A DNA stretch of 64,000 nucleotides from Rhynchopus sp. YZ270_cl-10. Lineage: Eukaryota. The notes below the pieces were generated by a model. The model was given only the letters and a program-made list of their open reading frames with translations, did no database searches and was not told the origin of the DNA. Positions 54,501 through 63,549 of this stretch are shown one piece after another (the first letter of the stretch is position 1; every line of letters begins with the position of its first letter). Where the stretch lies: assembly GCA_964035575.1 (NCBI GenBank), contig OZ037836.1, positions 310,001-374,000 on the forward strand, given 5' to 3'. Both the position numbers and the translations under genes were made by a program.

Positions 54501-55238
54501 CTCTGCCTCTACCTCTCTACCCTGCGGCACAAGACAGACCCCCTCCGACTTATCCACCACCTCCCCCCACGGCACAAGCGTCGATCCCACCCACTCCGAT
54601 TGCAGCAATGTCAGCGCTGCCGTCGTCTTCTTTTTCCCTCCCCCCTGGGTGAAGCCCCCCTCCGTCCCCGCCTTCGCATCGTTTCGCGGTTGCGGCACGG
54701 TGTACGGCTTCTCCGTCACCTCCAACGCACCCCCCACCATCGCCTTGCGGGCCCGGTCTTCGGCGGCTTCTTCCCCCGTGCTCGTGGGGAGGACGCACAG
54801 GTAGTGGCATGCGTCCACGTACGCCACCGTCACCGCTGCACCGCTGCCCTTCTCCTTCGGGTGCACCTTCAGCACACGCACCTCCCCATCCTTCACCGAG
54901 AAGGCATACACCTCCCGCATCAGCACCTCCGCCAACGCCTTCAGGGTCAGGTGGTCCCCCCAGGACCCCTGCTTCGCCATCGCCGAGCAGTACCTCCGGT
55001 AGGCGGACGGTCCTCCGTCAACGTGCTCACCCCAATTCTCCGCTTCCCGTTCCAACACCCCCACCGCCATCTCCCTCAGCCCCCCGTGCGCCGTGGCGTC
55101 TCCGTGCACAGCCATCGAGACCGCCTTAAATTGGCAGTCTCCGTTCCCCCCTGCGTCCTTTACCCGCATGTCGAAGCCCCTTAGGTATTTCTGCAGCACC
55201 CCCTTTTCCCCCCCTTGGCCACCTGCCCCTCCGCACAT
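51564..55238 (-). CDS. B ORF1: OTU protease + RRM-like + Ala/Glu-rich helical repeat
   Basis: The first ATG after the ribozyme is at 55238. OTU motifs GNGDCQFKAV, WGDH and CHY. The central region resembles A ORF1. Confidence 0.85.
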   Translation of the reverse strand: MCGGAGGQGGEKGVLQKYLRGFDMRVKDAGGNGDCQFKAVSMAVHGDATAHGGLREMAVGVLEREAENWGEHVDGGPSAYRRYCSAMAKQGSWGDHLTLKALAEVLMREVYAFSVKDGEVRVLKVHPKEKGSGAAVTVAYVDACHYLCVLPTSTGEEAAEDRARKAMVGGALEVTEKPYTVPQPRNDAKAGTEGGFTQGGGKKKTTAALTLLQSEWVGSTLVPWGEVVDKSEGVCLVPQGREVEAEGKIARTPGVTWVGFGSFPKSGGEKMQCPMGKQGNGGKVNGAASTAVYVVGRLRPGRGNGGKKASAAVQLVTVFVTMRPTAGQAQDLVSAGKKMRAEVGCNLNRPPLWQEGKLISSVADVREDVSERCLKQSGKGGVFFRMRREQSEHLPVVWLVDGVGLEEAQGLATRMGGWGVAARYESLGIRVKKEDQERANAALMQEGKAPEGRYVVSGFPSGTSGEAVMESLAGAGWTVTPLRRLEGWRWVVGAKLDPPTWAMDMEGNGKGLLIRKDGHKEGGGRATAPGPGAKQKAKVHTAHASGPTFGARTAPAATAQHNRGTGPDYGWVSWAAHARQAATAPAAAKPPTTTSRTPPPTTTTTTKQRTPKGQPPMTSPAPSPEDAGEKWAELERRMEERLDRLVGERLQTLLQETVASLTAQLREERVEQRKEQQVWMAAMLEQVGKLCSMPKEATAAAREDAAAAAAALRQEEEEAKAAAAAALRQREEEVKAAAAAALRQREEEVKAAAAAALRQREEEAKAAAAAALKQREEEVKAAAAAALRQREEEVKAAAAAALKQREEEVKAAAAAALRQEEEVAAAAALKQREEEVKAAAAAALRQREEEEKAAAAAVLKQREEADAAAAILWQQEEEAAAAAAAVAAENARQREGEAAATTAPTVAVPTAAPTTPEMQMADELLDTLPDGNAEDVMSPEPATMAGKRIRAGNGSSEVEELSPRRRRRRADTIRGKPGVVVEVAEARNRSRSAPPRDTSPTADVAGAGDVEVVVASPKKKKKRRNIVAAEKRREALRAAQEEAAAKKERRAAAVQAQREQEQGENAGAGTPAPTTPDAEARMDDADMALPVQTSPDCAAVEEDAETSPAPRVPVAPPAVTLAGKREDRSESGETVALLSPPRRMRTEVPAKEQAEGNEKNEESYGNAVLEAGDSMEYREEGGNGAAIPVTVVKVAGDVIEIAFRPVQGLDNRLVGRNTLRDVGR
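52560..53140 (-). repeat. 45-bp coding tandem repeat (REEEVKAAAAAALRQ) in B ORF1
   Basis: About 10-11 degenerate units visible in DNA and protein. Confidence 0.92.
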
Positions 55239-55275
55239 CGCGTCGAGGCTGCCCCCCGCCGCCGTCCTTCTTCCC

Positions 55276-55359
55276 CGCGCTTTAGCAGACGCCTCCCCCC
55301 ATAGAGGAGGGGGGCGTCTCCCGAGGGTACCCCGTGGAGGCGCGTCGTCTCTCACCCTC
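55276..55359 (-). ncRNA. HDV-like ribozyme candidate at B 5' end
   Basis: P1 GAGGGTG/TACCCTC, CC-TCCACGG-GG, GG, P4 AGACGCC../..GGCGTCT, J4/2 GCTAAA, P2 CGCG/CGCG. Confidence 0.68.
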
Positions 55360-55575
55360 TTTCTGCGTTTTTGTGAGGTTGATTGTGTCACCAGCACTCA
55401 GCTGCGTCATGTCCGCTCCTTCTCCCATCGCTTCGTCTCCGAAACTCATGCAAAAGCTGTCTTCAGGCAACCCCATTGCAGACGCCACCTTCCGCCGCAG
55501 GTCCTCCACTGTGTCATCTGCACCCACCTCGACTGTGTGCTGATTCGCTTTGAAATCCTCGAAGTGCACGTCCAT
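55360..55575 (-). pseudogene. 5' (UBL) piece of doubly interrupted UBL-LRR gene
   Basis: MDVHFEDFKANQ...LSAGDTINLTKTQK, then element B. Confidence 0.9.
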
Positions 55576-57345
55576 TTGTTTGTTGTGGCTTTGTGTTCAC
55601 TGATCTGTGTGTGGTGGTGGGGTGTGGAGGACAAGACAAGAAATACCCCGTGCAACCCCGTTTTGAAGGGTTTCAACCCTGAACAAATGCCCGAAACGTC
55701 GTTATTGGCGCTTTCTGCAGTTCCTCCGTTCGTACGGGGATTCCTCTTCCCCGTGGGTGAGGCTAAGTGGAGCTAATCCCTGCGCCGCTGATCTGCGAGA
55801 ACGAAATGAACATTGCTGCAAGGACTGTGCTGTGTATGCACCCCAATGCGAGGTTTGCATCTGATATGCCCTCCACCCTCTGCACCCTCTGCACCACCAA
55901 GGCAGGAAGCAAGGAAGAGGAGAAATGGATATGATCGTCAACTAGAGAGACACATCGGCCTCGTAAGGACATTACGTGACGACGACGAGGTCAAAAACAG
56001 GTCGACATACGCGCGTCAACGCCGTCATCATCCCCGTACTTACGACATCATACTGACTGTAATTTCCATCCGAAGACAGCGTGTCGGGAACGTGTACTAT
56101 CAACACTGGACCCGATAAGCTATCAAACACACGCGAGCGTGCCACGTACCATCGCCGCAAGTACGTGTGAGGCAGGTGCATGTGTAGCGCAACGTACCCA
56201 AGACAGTGTAAAGGGGATGGGGACAGTGTGTGTGTGGTGTGCAAGGGATAAGAAACAGTTACAAGGGGAGAGGTCTTTTGTTTTGTTTTTTTGAAAGCTT
56301 CGTTGTATTAGTGTGGACACCCAAGGATGTGCTCCACTATGTGTCCTTTTGAACTTGACCACTATCGTTTTTGTTTGCTTTATGTAAGTTTTGTATTTTC
56401 ATGACATTTCAGTTTCTCTATCCTCTGCGATATGACGCGCAAACACGCCGTTTTCAATTTGATTCGCAGACCGATACTGACTCACGAAGTTGCTGTGTCA
56501 AAAAACACCTTCCTCTGCGAGGCGGGATACCACAGCGACAACGTCTATCACTCATGCGCCTATGAGTCGCTCAATGGCGTCATCGCTTTAATCATGACTA
56601 CCCTGCACATTGCTCTCACAACACAAAATACAAATATGCACACAAATGAAGAGATGAAAGATATCTCACAATAAGACAACAAACACCGGTGGGGTAAAAA
56701 CTAAGGTGCGTTTTGGTACTTCAAAATTCTTAGGAGGGTTTTTACCCCACCGATATTTCTACACCTGGCCATGATAAATTTGGTAACAACATGGGGGAAG
56801 GAAATCACACACCCCACACAGCTCCATTGATGTTTATCAAAGCTTTTTGATAAAAAGTAATGAACACAAAAAAACCAGCGCGTGTGGAAGAAAAAAAGAA
56901 AGCAAAATATTTATTTCTGATTCAAAGTGGTGTTTTTACGTTTTGGGTACGGGGCGGAGAATAAAATATGTTCGATAAAAGAAACGCGAGCTTTTTTGTT
57001 TTATCCTAATGATATAAATATTGGGATGAGAACCAGCACGCACAGAACGTTGCTCTCTCTACGTAAAAGTTTCGCACCCTCTTTCCTAATATCTCACTGC
57101 TGATGCTGTATTTTTACGAGAACAAGGGGCAGCCTTAGCTTTGCTTGAAGTACAGAAATGAGGTCAGCGAACAATAAAGGAGGAGGGTGGTAAATTTGTT
57201 ATTGAATAACTTTCAAATCAAAGAAGAGAAAGCTCAAGGACGTCAATAGATGCATTCAAACCTCTCTTTCTTTATATGATTACATGCAAGACGGAAAGCA
57301 TGTGGGGCTTCCTAAGATATATCACAACTACCCTGTCCCGGGTAC

Positions 57346-58428
57346 TCACATGAACACACATTTGCACTTGGAATCGTCCACGAGGCTACCGCTACGGCTC
57401 TGCACACATTCTGACACAACACTGCTCGATCCTGTAATGTTGATGCTGCTTGTACGTATTTTGCATCTTTTTAGGAAGCTTGGACCAATGTGCTGAACAG
57501 TCGTCAACCCAGATAGGTCAAGTGCTTTCAATGCGGTGCAGTTGTAGAGAAAGTTCCTCCCAATTTGCGTCACATTGTTCCACCCAGAAATATCCAGTGT
57601 GGTCAATGAGGTGCAGTTGTAGAGAAAGTGCTCATCAACCCGCGTCACATTGTTCCACCCAGACAAGTCAAGGACTTGCAATGCTGTGCAGTAGCAGAGA
57701 AAGAAGTACCCTAACTGCCTCATGTTGCTCCCAGACATGTCAAGGGTGGTCAATGCGTTGCAGTGAGCGAGGAACAATTCCTCTATCTGCGTCACGTTGT
57801 TCCACCCAGACAAGTCCAGTGTGGTCAATGAGCAGCAGGAATAGAGGAACTTGTGTCCAACTGTTCTTAGGTTGATCCATCCAGACAAGTCAACAGTTGT
57901 CAACGTGCGGCAGTTTGAGAGAAAGCCTTCGCAAAGTTGCGTCACATTGCTCCATCCAGATAAATCAACAGTACGCAATGAGCTGCAGTCGGCGAGGAAA
58001 CAATTCCTGATTACAGCCACACCCGACACACCACTGAGATCAAGTGCTTCGAACGTGCCACGTCTCAGGCAGTCGGAGGGAATCTCAGTAACAACCTCCG
58101 CCTGCAGAAACAAATGACTCAGCTTGGGATCTGTCAGACCTTCGAACCTCTCTGACGTCAGCTCTCTCTCACCCAAGACACGAAGAGCTGCAATGGCGTC
58201 GTCCTTCTGCGACTTTGCCTTCTTCGTCAGCACAACTGTGTCCCCAGAACTCAGCTGCGTGATGTAGTCTCCTTCGGCCAGCAGCTTCCCTCCGAAGCTC
58301 ATGTCAAAGCCGTCTTCGCACAACTCTGCTGCAGACGCCACCTTCCGCCGTATGTCCGCAGTTGTATCATCCACACCCACCTCCACTGTGTACTTCTCTC
58401 CGTCAAAGTTCTTCACACATATTTCCAT
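57346..58428 (-). CDS. UBL-LRR-CaaX protein (360 aa)
   Basis: Intact ORF ending KCKCVFM. Confidence 0.92.
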   Translation of the reverse strand: MEICVKNFDGEKYTVEVGVDDTTADIRRKVASAAELCEDGFDMSFGGKLLAEGDYITQLSSGDTVVLTKKAKSQKDDAIAALRVLGERELTSERFEGLTDPKLSHLFLQAEVVTEIPSDCLRRGTFEALDLSGVSGVAVIRNCFLADCSSLRTVDLSGWSNVTQLCEGFLSNCRTLTTVDLSGWINLRTVGHKFLYSCCSLTTLDLSGWNNVTQIEELFLAHCNALTTLDMSGSNMRQLGYFFLCYCTALQVLDLSGWNNVTRVDEHFLYNCTSLTTLDISGWNNVTQIGRNFLYNCTALKALDLSGLTTVQHIGPSFLKRCKIRTSSINITGSSSVVSECVQSRSGSLVDDSKCKCVFM

Positions 58429-59170
58429 GGTTTTGTGTCTCTCTGTTTCGTGAAGGTGTTTTCAATTGGGGGTAAGAGTACGCAAGAGACAACAAACAGT
58501 TAGGGAGAGGTCTTTTGCTAATAAAAATGATCATCCAGATGTGGTGAAACGCCATAAACCCCACAACCCCTACAAAGATACTCCGCAAGCCATGCATAGT
58601 GGGGCAAGACAAAGCAACCAAAAGAGGAAGAGGACAACTTGCAAGTGTGCAGAAGAGTGTTTGGAAGATAAGGGTACAAAGGCACTGCGTGAATTGCACC
58701 CACGTAGGGGCGAACAACCTTCGTGACCACACAACCCACAGGAGCGCCCTTCAGAGAGAGCTAATATTTAGTGTTGTGTATTTGTTGTTCAAAATATCAG
58801 TAAATTGCAGTAGTGGCACCTCTGAGGATGAACACTACTCTGCCAAGCTGATTTATTTCATTCATTATTTCATTATCATTTCAAACACGTTTAAGCTGCT
58901 TTATTTCACATCGTTTTTGTTGCCACAGTTGTGCAATATCCACGTTTCACATTTTTTACTCATTTGCTTTTTGATCTTGGTAAAGTGACCCCCAAATAAG
59001 TTCTCGTGACAGTGCACCTGAACAAAATAAGTTCCCCAAACGTAGTATTAAACCTCCCTAAAAGGTACCCTTTTGTCATTATGGCAGTACCTACCGGCCC
59101 CCTTCCCAACCTCCCTTTGTACCCTTCTTCCCGTCCTTCCTTTATCCCCTCCCACCAGCACATCACGTCG

Positions 59171-60301
59171 TCATTGTGCGTGTCTCTGTCGTTTGTGGGC
59201 TTGCTCGGGGGATTCGTCTCTGCTGCGTTTCGGACGTGCTTCAACCACAAGATGCTTAAGTTCCTCGCTATTCCTTACTGTGCTGGACACAGCACTGCTG
59301 CAGCCGGAGAGGTAAATACTCTTCAACGAAGTGCAGCTGGTAGCAAAACCCGAACCTGATATCATACAGGTTTGTACGTACTGAACCTTGTTGAGTGGCG
59401 AGAGATCCAGGGTGGCTAAAGATTTGCAGTCGTCAAGAAAGTATCTGCCAATCTGCGTAACGTTCTTGAGTGGCGAGAGATCCAGGGTGGTTAAAGAGTT
59501 GCAGGCGTGAAGAAAGTAATCGCCAATCATCGTAACGTTGTTGAGTGGCGAGAGATCCAGGGTGGTTAAAGAGCTGCATTCGTTAAGAAAGCGACTGCCA
59601 ATCACCGTCACGTGGTTGAGTGGTGTCAGATCCACGGTTGTTAAAGAGTTGCAGCCGGAAAGAAAGAAACTCTCAATCCTCGTAACGTTGAGTGGTAGAG
59701 CCAGGGTGGTTAAAGAGTTGCAGTGGGAGAGAAAGCCAGAGCCAATCGCCGTCACGTGGTTGAGTGGTGTCAGATCCAGGGTGGTTAAAGAGCTGCAGGC
59801 GAAAAGAAAGTGACTGCCAATCACCGTCACATTGCTCAACCCAGAGAGGTCAATAGTTGTTAACGAGGTGCCCTCGAGGAAGTTGTCTCCAATCTGTGTC
59901 ACAATGGACACAGCACTGAGATCAAGGCGCGTTACCCATGCCTTCCTCAAGAACTCATCAGGAATGACAGTCGCAACCTCCGCCTGCAGAAGCAAACACG
60001 CCACCTCAGGATCCTCCACATCCTCCAACCTCTCTGGTGTGATGTTTCTCTCACCCAACGCATGAAGTGCTGCTATGGCTTCGTACTTCTGCGTGTTTGT
60101 GAGGTTGATTGTGTCACCAGCACTCAGCTGCGTCATGTCCGCTCCTTCTCCCATCGCTTCGTCTCCGAAACTCATGCAAAAGCTGTCTTCAGGCAACCCC
60201 ATTGCAGACGCCACCTTCCGCCGCAAGTCCTCCGCTGTGTCATCTGCACCCACCTCGACTGTGTGCTGATTCGCTTTGAAATCCTCGAAGTGCACGTCCA
60301 T
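59171..60301 (-). CDS. UBL-LRR protein with bipartite NLS-like tail (376 aa)
   Basis: Intact ORF ending KRSRDESPEQAHKRQRHAQ. Confidence 0.92.
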   Translation of the reverse strand: MDVHFEDFKANQHTVEVGADDTAEDLRRKVASAMGLPEDSFCMSFGDEAMGEGADMTQLSAGDTINLTNTQKYEAIAALHALGERNITPERLEDVEDPEVACLLLQAEVATVIPDEFLRKAWVTRLDLSAVSIVTQIGDNFLEGTSLTTIDLSGLSNVTVIGSHFLFACSSLTTLDLTPLNHVTAIGSGFLSHCNSLTTLALPLNVTRIESFFLSGCNSLTTVDLTPLNHVTVIGSRFLNECSSLTTLDLSPLNNVTMIGDYFLHACNSLTTLDLSPLKNVTQIGRYFLDDCKSLATLDLSPLNKVQYVQTCMISGSGFATSCTSLKSIYLSGCSSAVSSTVRNSEELKHLVVEARPKRSRDESPEQAHKRQRHAQ

Positions 60302-61134
60302 TTGTTTGTTGTGGCTTTGTGTTCACTGATCTGTGTGTGGTGGTGGGGTGTGGAGGACAAGACAAGAAATACCCCGTGCAACCCCGTTTTGAAGGGTTTC
60401 AACCCTGAACAAATGCCCGAAACGTCGTTATTGGCGCTTTCTGCAGTTCCTCCGTTCGTACGGGGATTCCTCTTCCCCGTGGGTGAGGCACAAACTCGCA
60501 TTATCCCGTACTCCTTCTTCAGTTGCGTCTTCATCTCCTCTCTGCTTGTCCCCGGCTTCACCGGATCCACCAGGAGCTTCTCCCCACTCCTTGTCATCTC
60601 CGAGGTCGGGTTGCAACGGAAGGAAATAGTCGGCAGATGGCTCGGGCGAGGAGGCTGGGAGGAAGATGAAAGAGGTGGGCGGCCCTTCGGGCCCCAGCCC
60701 ACCTCTTCAATTTTTTTATTTGTACCTTTTTTGTTTTTTTTGAAGAATTCTTCATCGGATTCTTCAGCGCGGAAAAACTGATTATGGCTTAGTACCGCAC
60801 TCCCGTGTATTTGGTGCACCCAGATGGTCAAACACCCGATTTTTGCGTTTTTTTGCGTTTTTTTGCATTTTTTCGCCCAGTATTGAGGACATGTGGGGGT
60901 GAGGACCACCGAGGGCAATTTTGTGAATTTTTTTGGGGTCAAAAATTGACTTGTCTTTCGCAAATCCCACGAAAAATCGTGGTGCGCAAAATCGCGTTTT
61001 AGACCCCCTTAGATGCTCAAAAGTGTCAAATTTTGCTTTTAATGGCCTCAAATCGTCGAAATTCGCCCTAAAAGGGGGCAAAAAAAAAAATTCGAGAGTC
61101 CCTTTCCCTGTGAGGCAATAGCCACCGGCAAAAA

Positions 61135-61455
61135 CACCTGTCATATGACAGGTGGTACCTGTCATTTTGACAGGTACCACCTGTCATTTGACAGGTGCAC
61201 CTGTCAAAATGACAGGTGCACCTGTCATTTTACAGGTACCACCTGTCATATTACTAGTAATATTCAATTATCACCTGTCATATTTATAACTAGTAACACC
61301 ACCTGTCATATCACCTGTCATGGCCATAACTAGTCCGTCGTGTGGTCTGACCAAGCCCCCCCTTGGTCATGACCAGGCCCCCCCTCGGTCATGACCAAGG
61401 GGGGGCCTGGTCATTTTGACCAGGCTAAAAGCCTGGTCAGTCACCTGACCAAGCC
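61135..61455. repeat. Cluster of palindromically arranged CACCTGTCA/TGACAGGTG and TGACCAAG/CTTGGTCA motifs
   Basis: Alternating direct and inverted copies read directly. Confidence 0.9.
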
Positions 61456-61741
61456 ACCGTGATAGGGAGTCGGACCCCCTACCCCCCCCCAGTAACACTG
61501 GTTGTGCTTAGAAAACCCGAATTTTTTACCCTTGAAAAGTGCATTTGAGGAAGTCACAATGCGTCAAAACGAAAAGGTCGTTTTTGGCACTTTTAAAACC
61601 GGGCTCCGCTGAGTTCACCATATTTTTGCTCGATTTATTTAGTGGAGTAACTATTACTTTATCGTATGTGTGGACAATAATTTGGGACGGAGCGTAAAAG
61701 ATTTTCTAACAAATGTACACAACTGTCGTGTCCCGGGGGCC

Positions 61742-62974
61742 TCACATGCACACACATTTGCACTTCGTATCTTCTTTGACCACTTCAGCGGCGTGGCTAA
61801 TGTCGTTGGTATCGCCCATGAGGTTACTGCCATGTACATTGCTACCACTACGGCTCTTCACATATTCTGGCACAACACTGCTGGATCCGGTGACGTTGAT
61901 GCTGCATTTAGGTATTTTGCATCCTTCCAGGAAGCCTTGCCCAATGTGCTGCACATTCCTCCACCCAGACAAGTCAAGGGTTTGCAATGCGCTGCAGTTG
62001 GAGAGAAAGTTCTTCCCAATTTGCGTCACATTGTTCCACCTAGAAATACCCAGTGGGGTTAATGAGCTGCAGTTGGAGAGAAAGTCGTCCCCAACCCGCG
62101 TCACATTCCTCCACCCAGACAAGTTAAGTGTTCGCAATGCGATGCAGTTGGAGAGAAAGTTCCTCCCAATTTGCGTCACATTGTTCCACCAAGAAATATC
62201 CAGTGTGGTCAATGCGCTGCAGTTGGAGAGAAAGTAGTCATCAACCCGCGTCACATTGTGCCACCCAGAAACATGAAGTGCGGTCAATGAGATGCAGTAG
62301 TAGAGAAAGTAGTCACCAACCCGCATCACATTGTTCCACCAAGAAATATCCAGTGTGGTCAGTGAGCTGCAGTTGGAGAGAAAGGACTCATCAACCCGAG
62401 TCACATTGTTCCACCCAGATAAGTCAAGTGTTCGCAATCCGGTGCAGTTGGAGAGAAAGAAGGACTCAATGTGCGTGACGTTGCTCCACCCAGATAAATC
62501 AGCAGTGTGCAATGGCCAGTACCCTTGCAGGAAACTCTCGCGTATTTTAGTTACACCTGACACACCACTGAGATCAAGTTCTTTGAACGTGCCACGTACT
62601 TTCGAACGTGCCAAGAATTGATTTGGGATCTCAGTAACAACCTCCGCCTGCAGAAACAAATGAATCAGCTTGGGATCTTCCAGACCTTTGAATCTCTCTG
62701 GCGTCAGCTCTCTCTCACCCAAGTCACGAAGAGCTGCAATGGCGTCGTCATTCCGAGACTTCGTCTTTTTCGTCAGCACAACTGTGTCCCCAGCACTCAG
62801 CTGCGTGACGTAGTCTCCTTCGGCCAGCAGCTTCCCTCCGAAGCTCATGTCAAAGCCGTCTTCGCACAACTCTGCTGCAGACGCCACCTTCCGCCGTATG
62901 TCCGCAGTTGTATCATCCACACCCACCTCGATTGTGTACTTCTCTCCGTCAAATCTCTCCACACATATTTCCAT
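61742..62974 (-). CDS. UBL-LRR-CaaX protein
   Basis: Starts MEICVERFDG, has about 10 LRRs and ends KCKCVCM. Confidence 0.92.
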   Translation of the reverse strand: MEICVERFDGEKYTIEVGVDDTTADIRRKVASAAELCEDGFDMSFGGKLLAEGDYVTQLSAGDTVVLTKKTKSRNDDAIAALRDLGERELTPERFKGLEDPKLIHLFLQAEVVTEIPNQFLARSKVRGTFKELDLSGVSGVTKIRESFLQGYWPLHTADLSGWSNVTHIESFFLSNCTGLRTLDLSGWNNVTRVDESFLSNCSSLTTLDISWWNNVMRVGDYFLYYCISLTALHVSGWHNVTRVDDYFLSNCSALTTLDISWWNNVTQIGRNFLSNCIALRTLNLSGWRNVTRVGDDFLSNCSSLTPLGISRWNNVTQIGKNFLSNCSALQTLDLSGWRNVQHIGQGFLEGCKIPKCSINVTGSSSVVPEYVKSRSGSNVHGSNLMGDTNDISHAAEVVKEDTKCKCVCM

Positions 62975-63549
62975 GGTTTCGTGTCTCTCTGTTTTGTGCA
63001 GGTATTTTGGGTGGGGCAAGAAGAAACAACAACAATCAGGTAGAGGATACGTAGGACAATGCCTTGGCATTTATGTAGGATAATATTGTAACGACTTTGT
63101 GGATGTGGCCGTATTTTTGCATGACAGACTTCCAGATTGAACTGGGAAGCAGAAACCCCAAACCCTCCCAGACCCAACGGTCTAACTAACGTTGCATTAC
63201 AGTGTGTGGGGGAGAAGTGAGGAACACGAGAACGTCTCGTGGTGCGCCAACACCGGGTGAAGTGGTACGGGAGTGCTATTTACGATGCCTCCGTTTTGGT
63301 TCGCTCGTATTAGTGTACGCGATTTTCTTTCCTTACTTCAAAAACTCTCTCTTTTTTTCCTGGAAGAAAACAGTTTTCGATAAAAAGCTCCTGCGTCGGT
63401 TTTCTCTTTCACAGGATGCAAAAATATAACAAAACAAAGTGTGCGTAAAAAAACATCACCTGTTTCCTTTATTGAGGAGGTGACGTGATGTACAATTCAT
63501 TCTCTGAACAGCGTAACGAGCAGCTGGCCTCTCGAAAGATGCACATGCC

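Larger units (their letters stand above)
46499..55359 (-). mobile_element. Non-LTR retrotransposon family B, full length
   Basis: 20-bp TSD tttctgcgtttttgtgaggt (46479-46498, 55360-55379) and two long ORFs. Confidence 0.96.

Noticed and set aside
13709..55359. Inserts being group II introns or spliceosomal introns that restore the host gene
   Set aside because: They have TSDs, APE domains and a 5'-truncated copy, and they lack GUGYG/AY or GT-AG ends. Splicing could only be excluded fully with RNA data.
55239..55397. Annotated N-terminal extension of B ORF1 and upstream extensions of several LRR ORFs
   Set aside because: They start at non-ATG codons in host, TSD, ribozyme or UTR sequence. 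Paralogue comparison supports the downstream ATGs.
130..55776. Numerous long plus-strand ORFs (e.g. 656..1864, 30465..32276, 51535..53400)
   Set aside because: They are antisense shadows of GC-rich minus-strand CDSs with no recognisable motifs.
60172..60963. 263-aa minus-strand ORF upstream of the NLS-type gene
   Set aside because: It spans a junction of unrelated segments, overlaps the real gene out of frame and has no recognisable domain.
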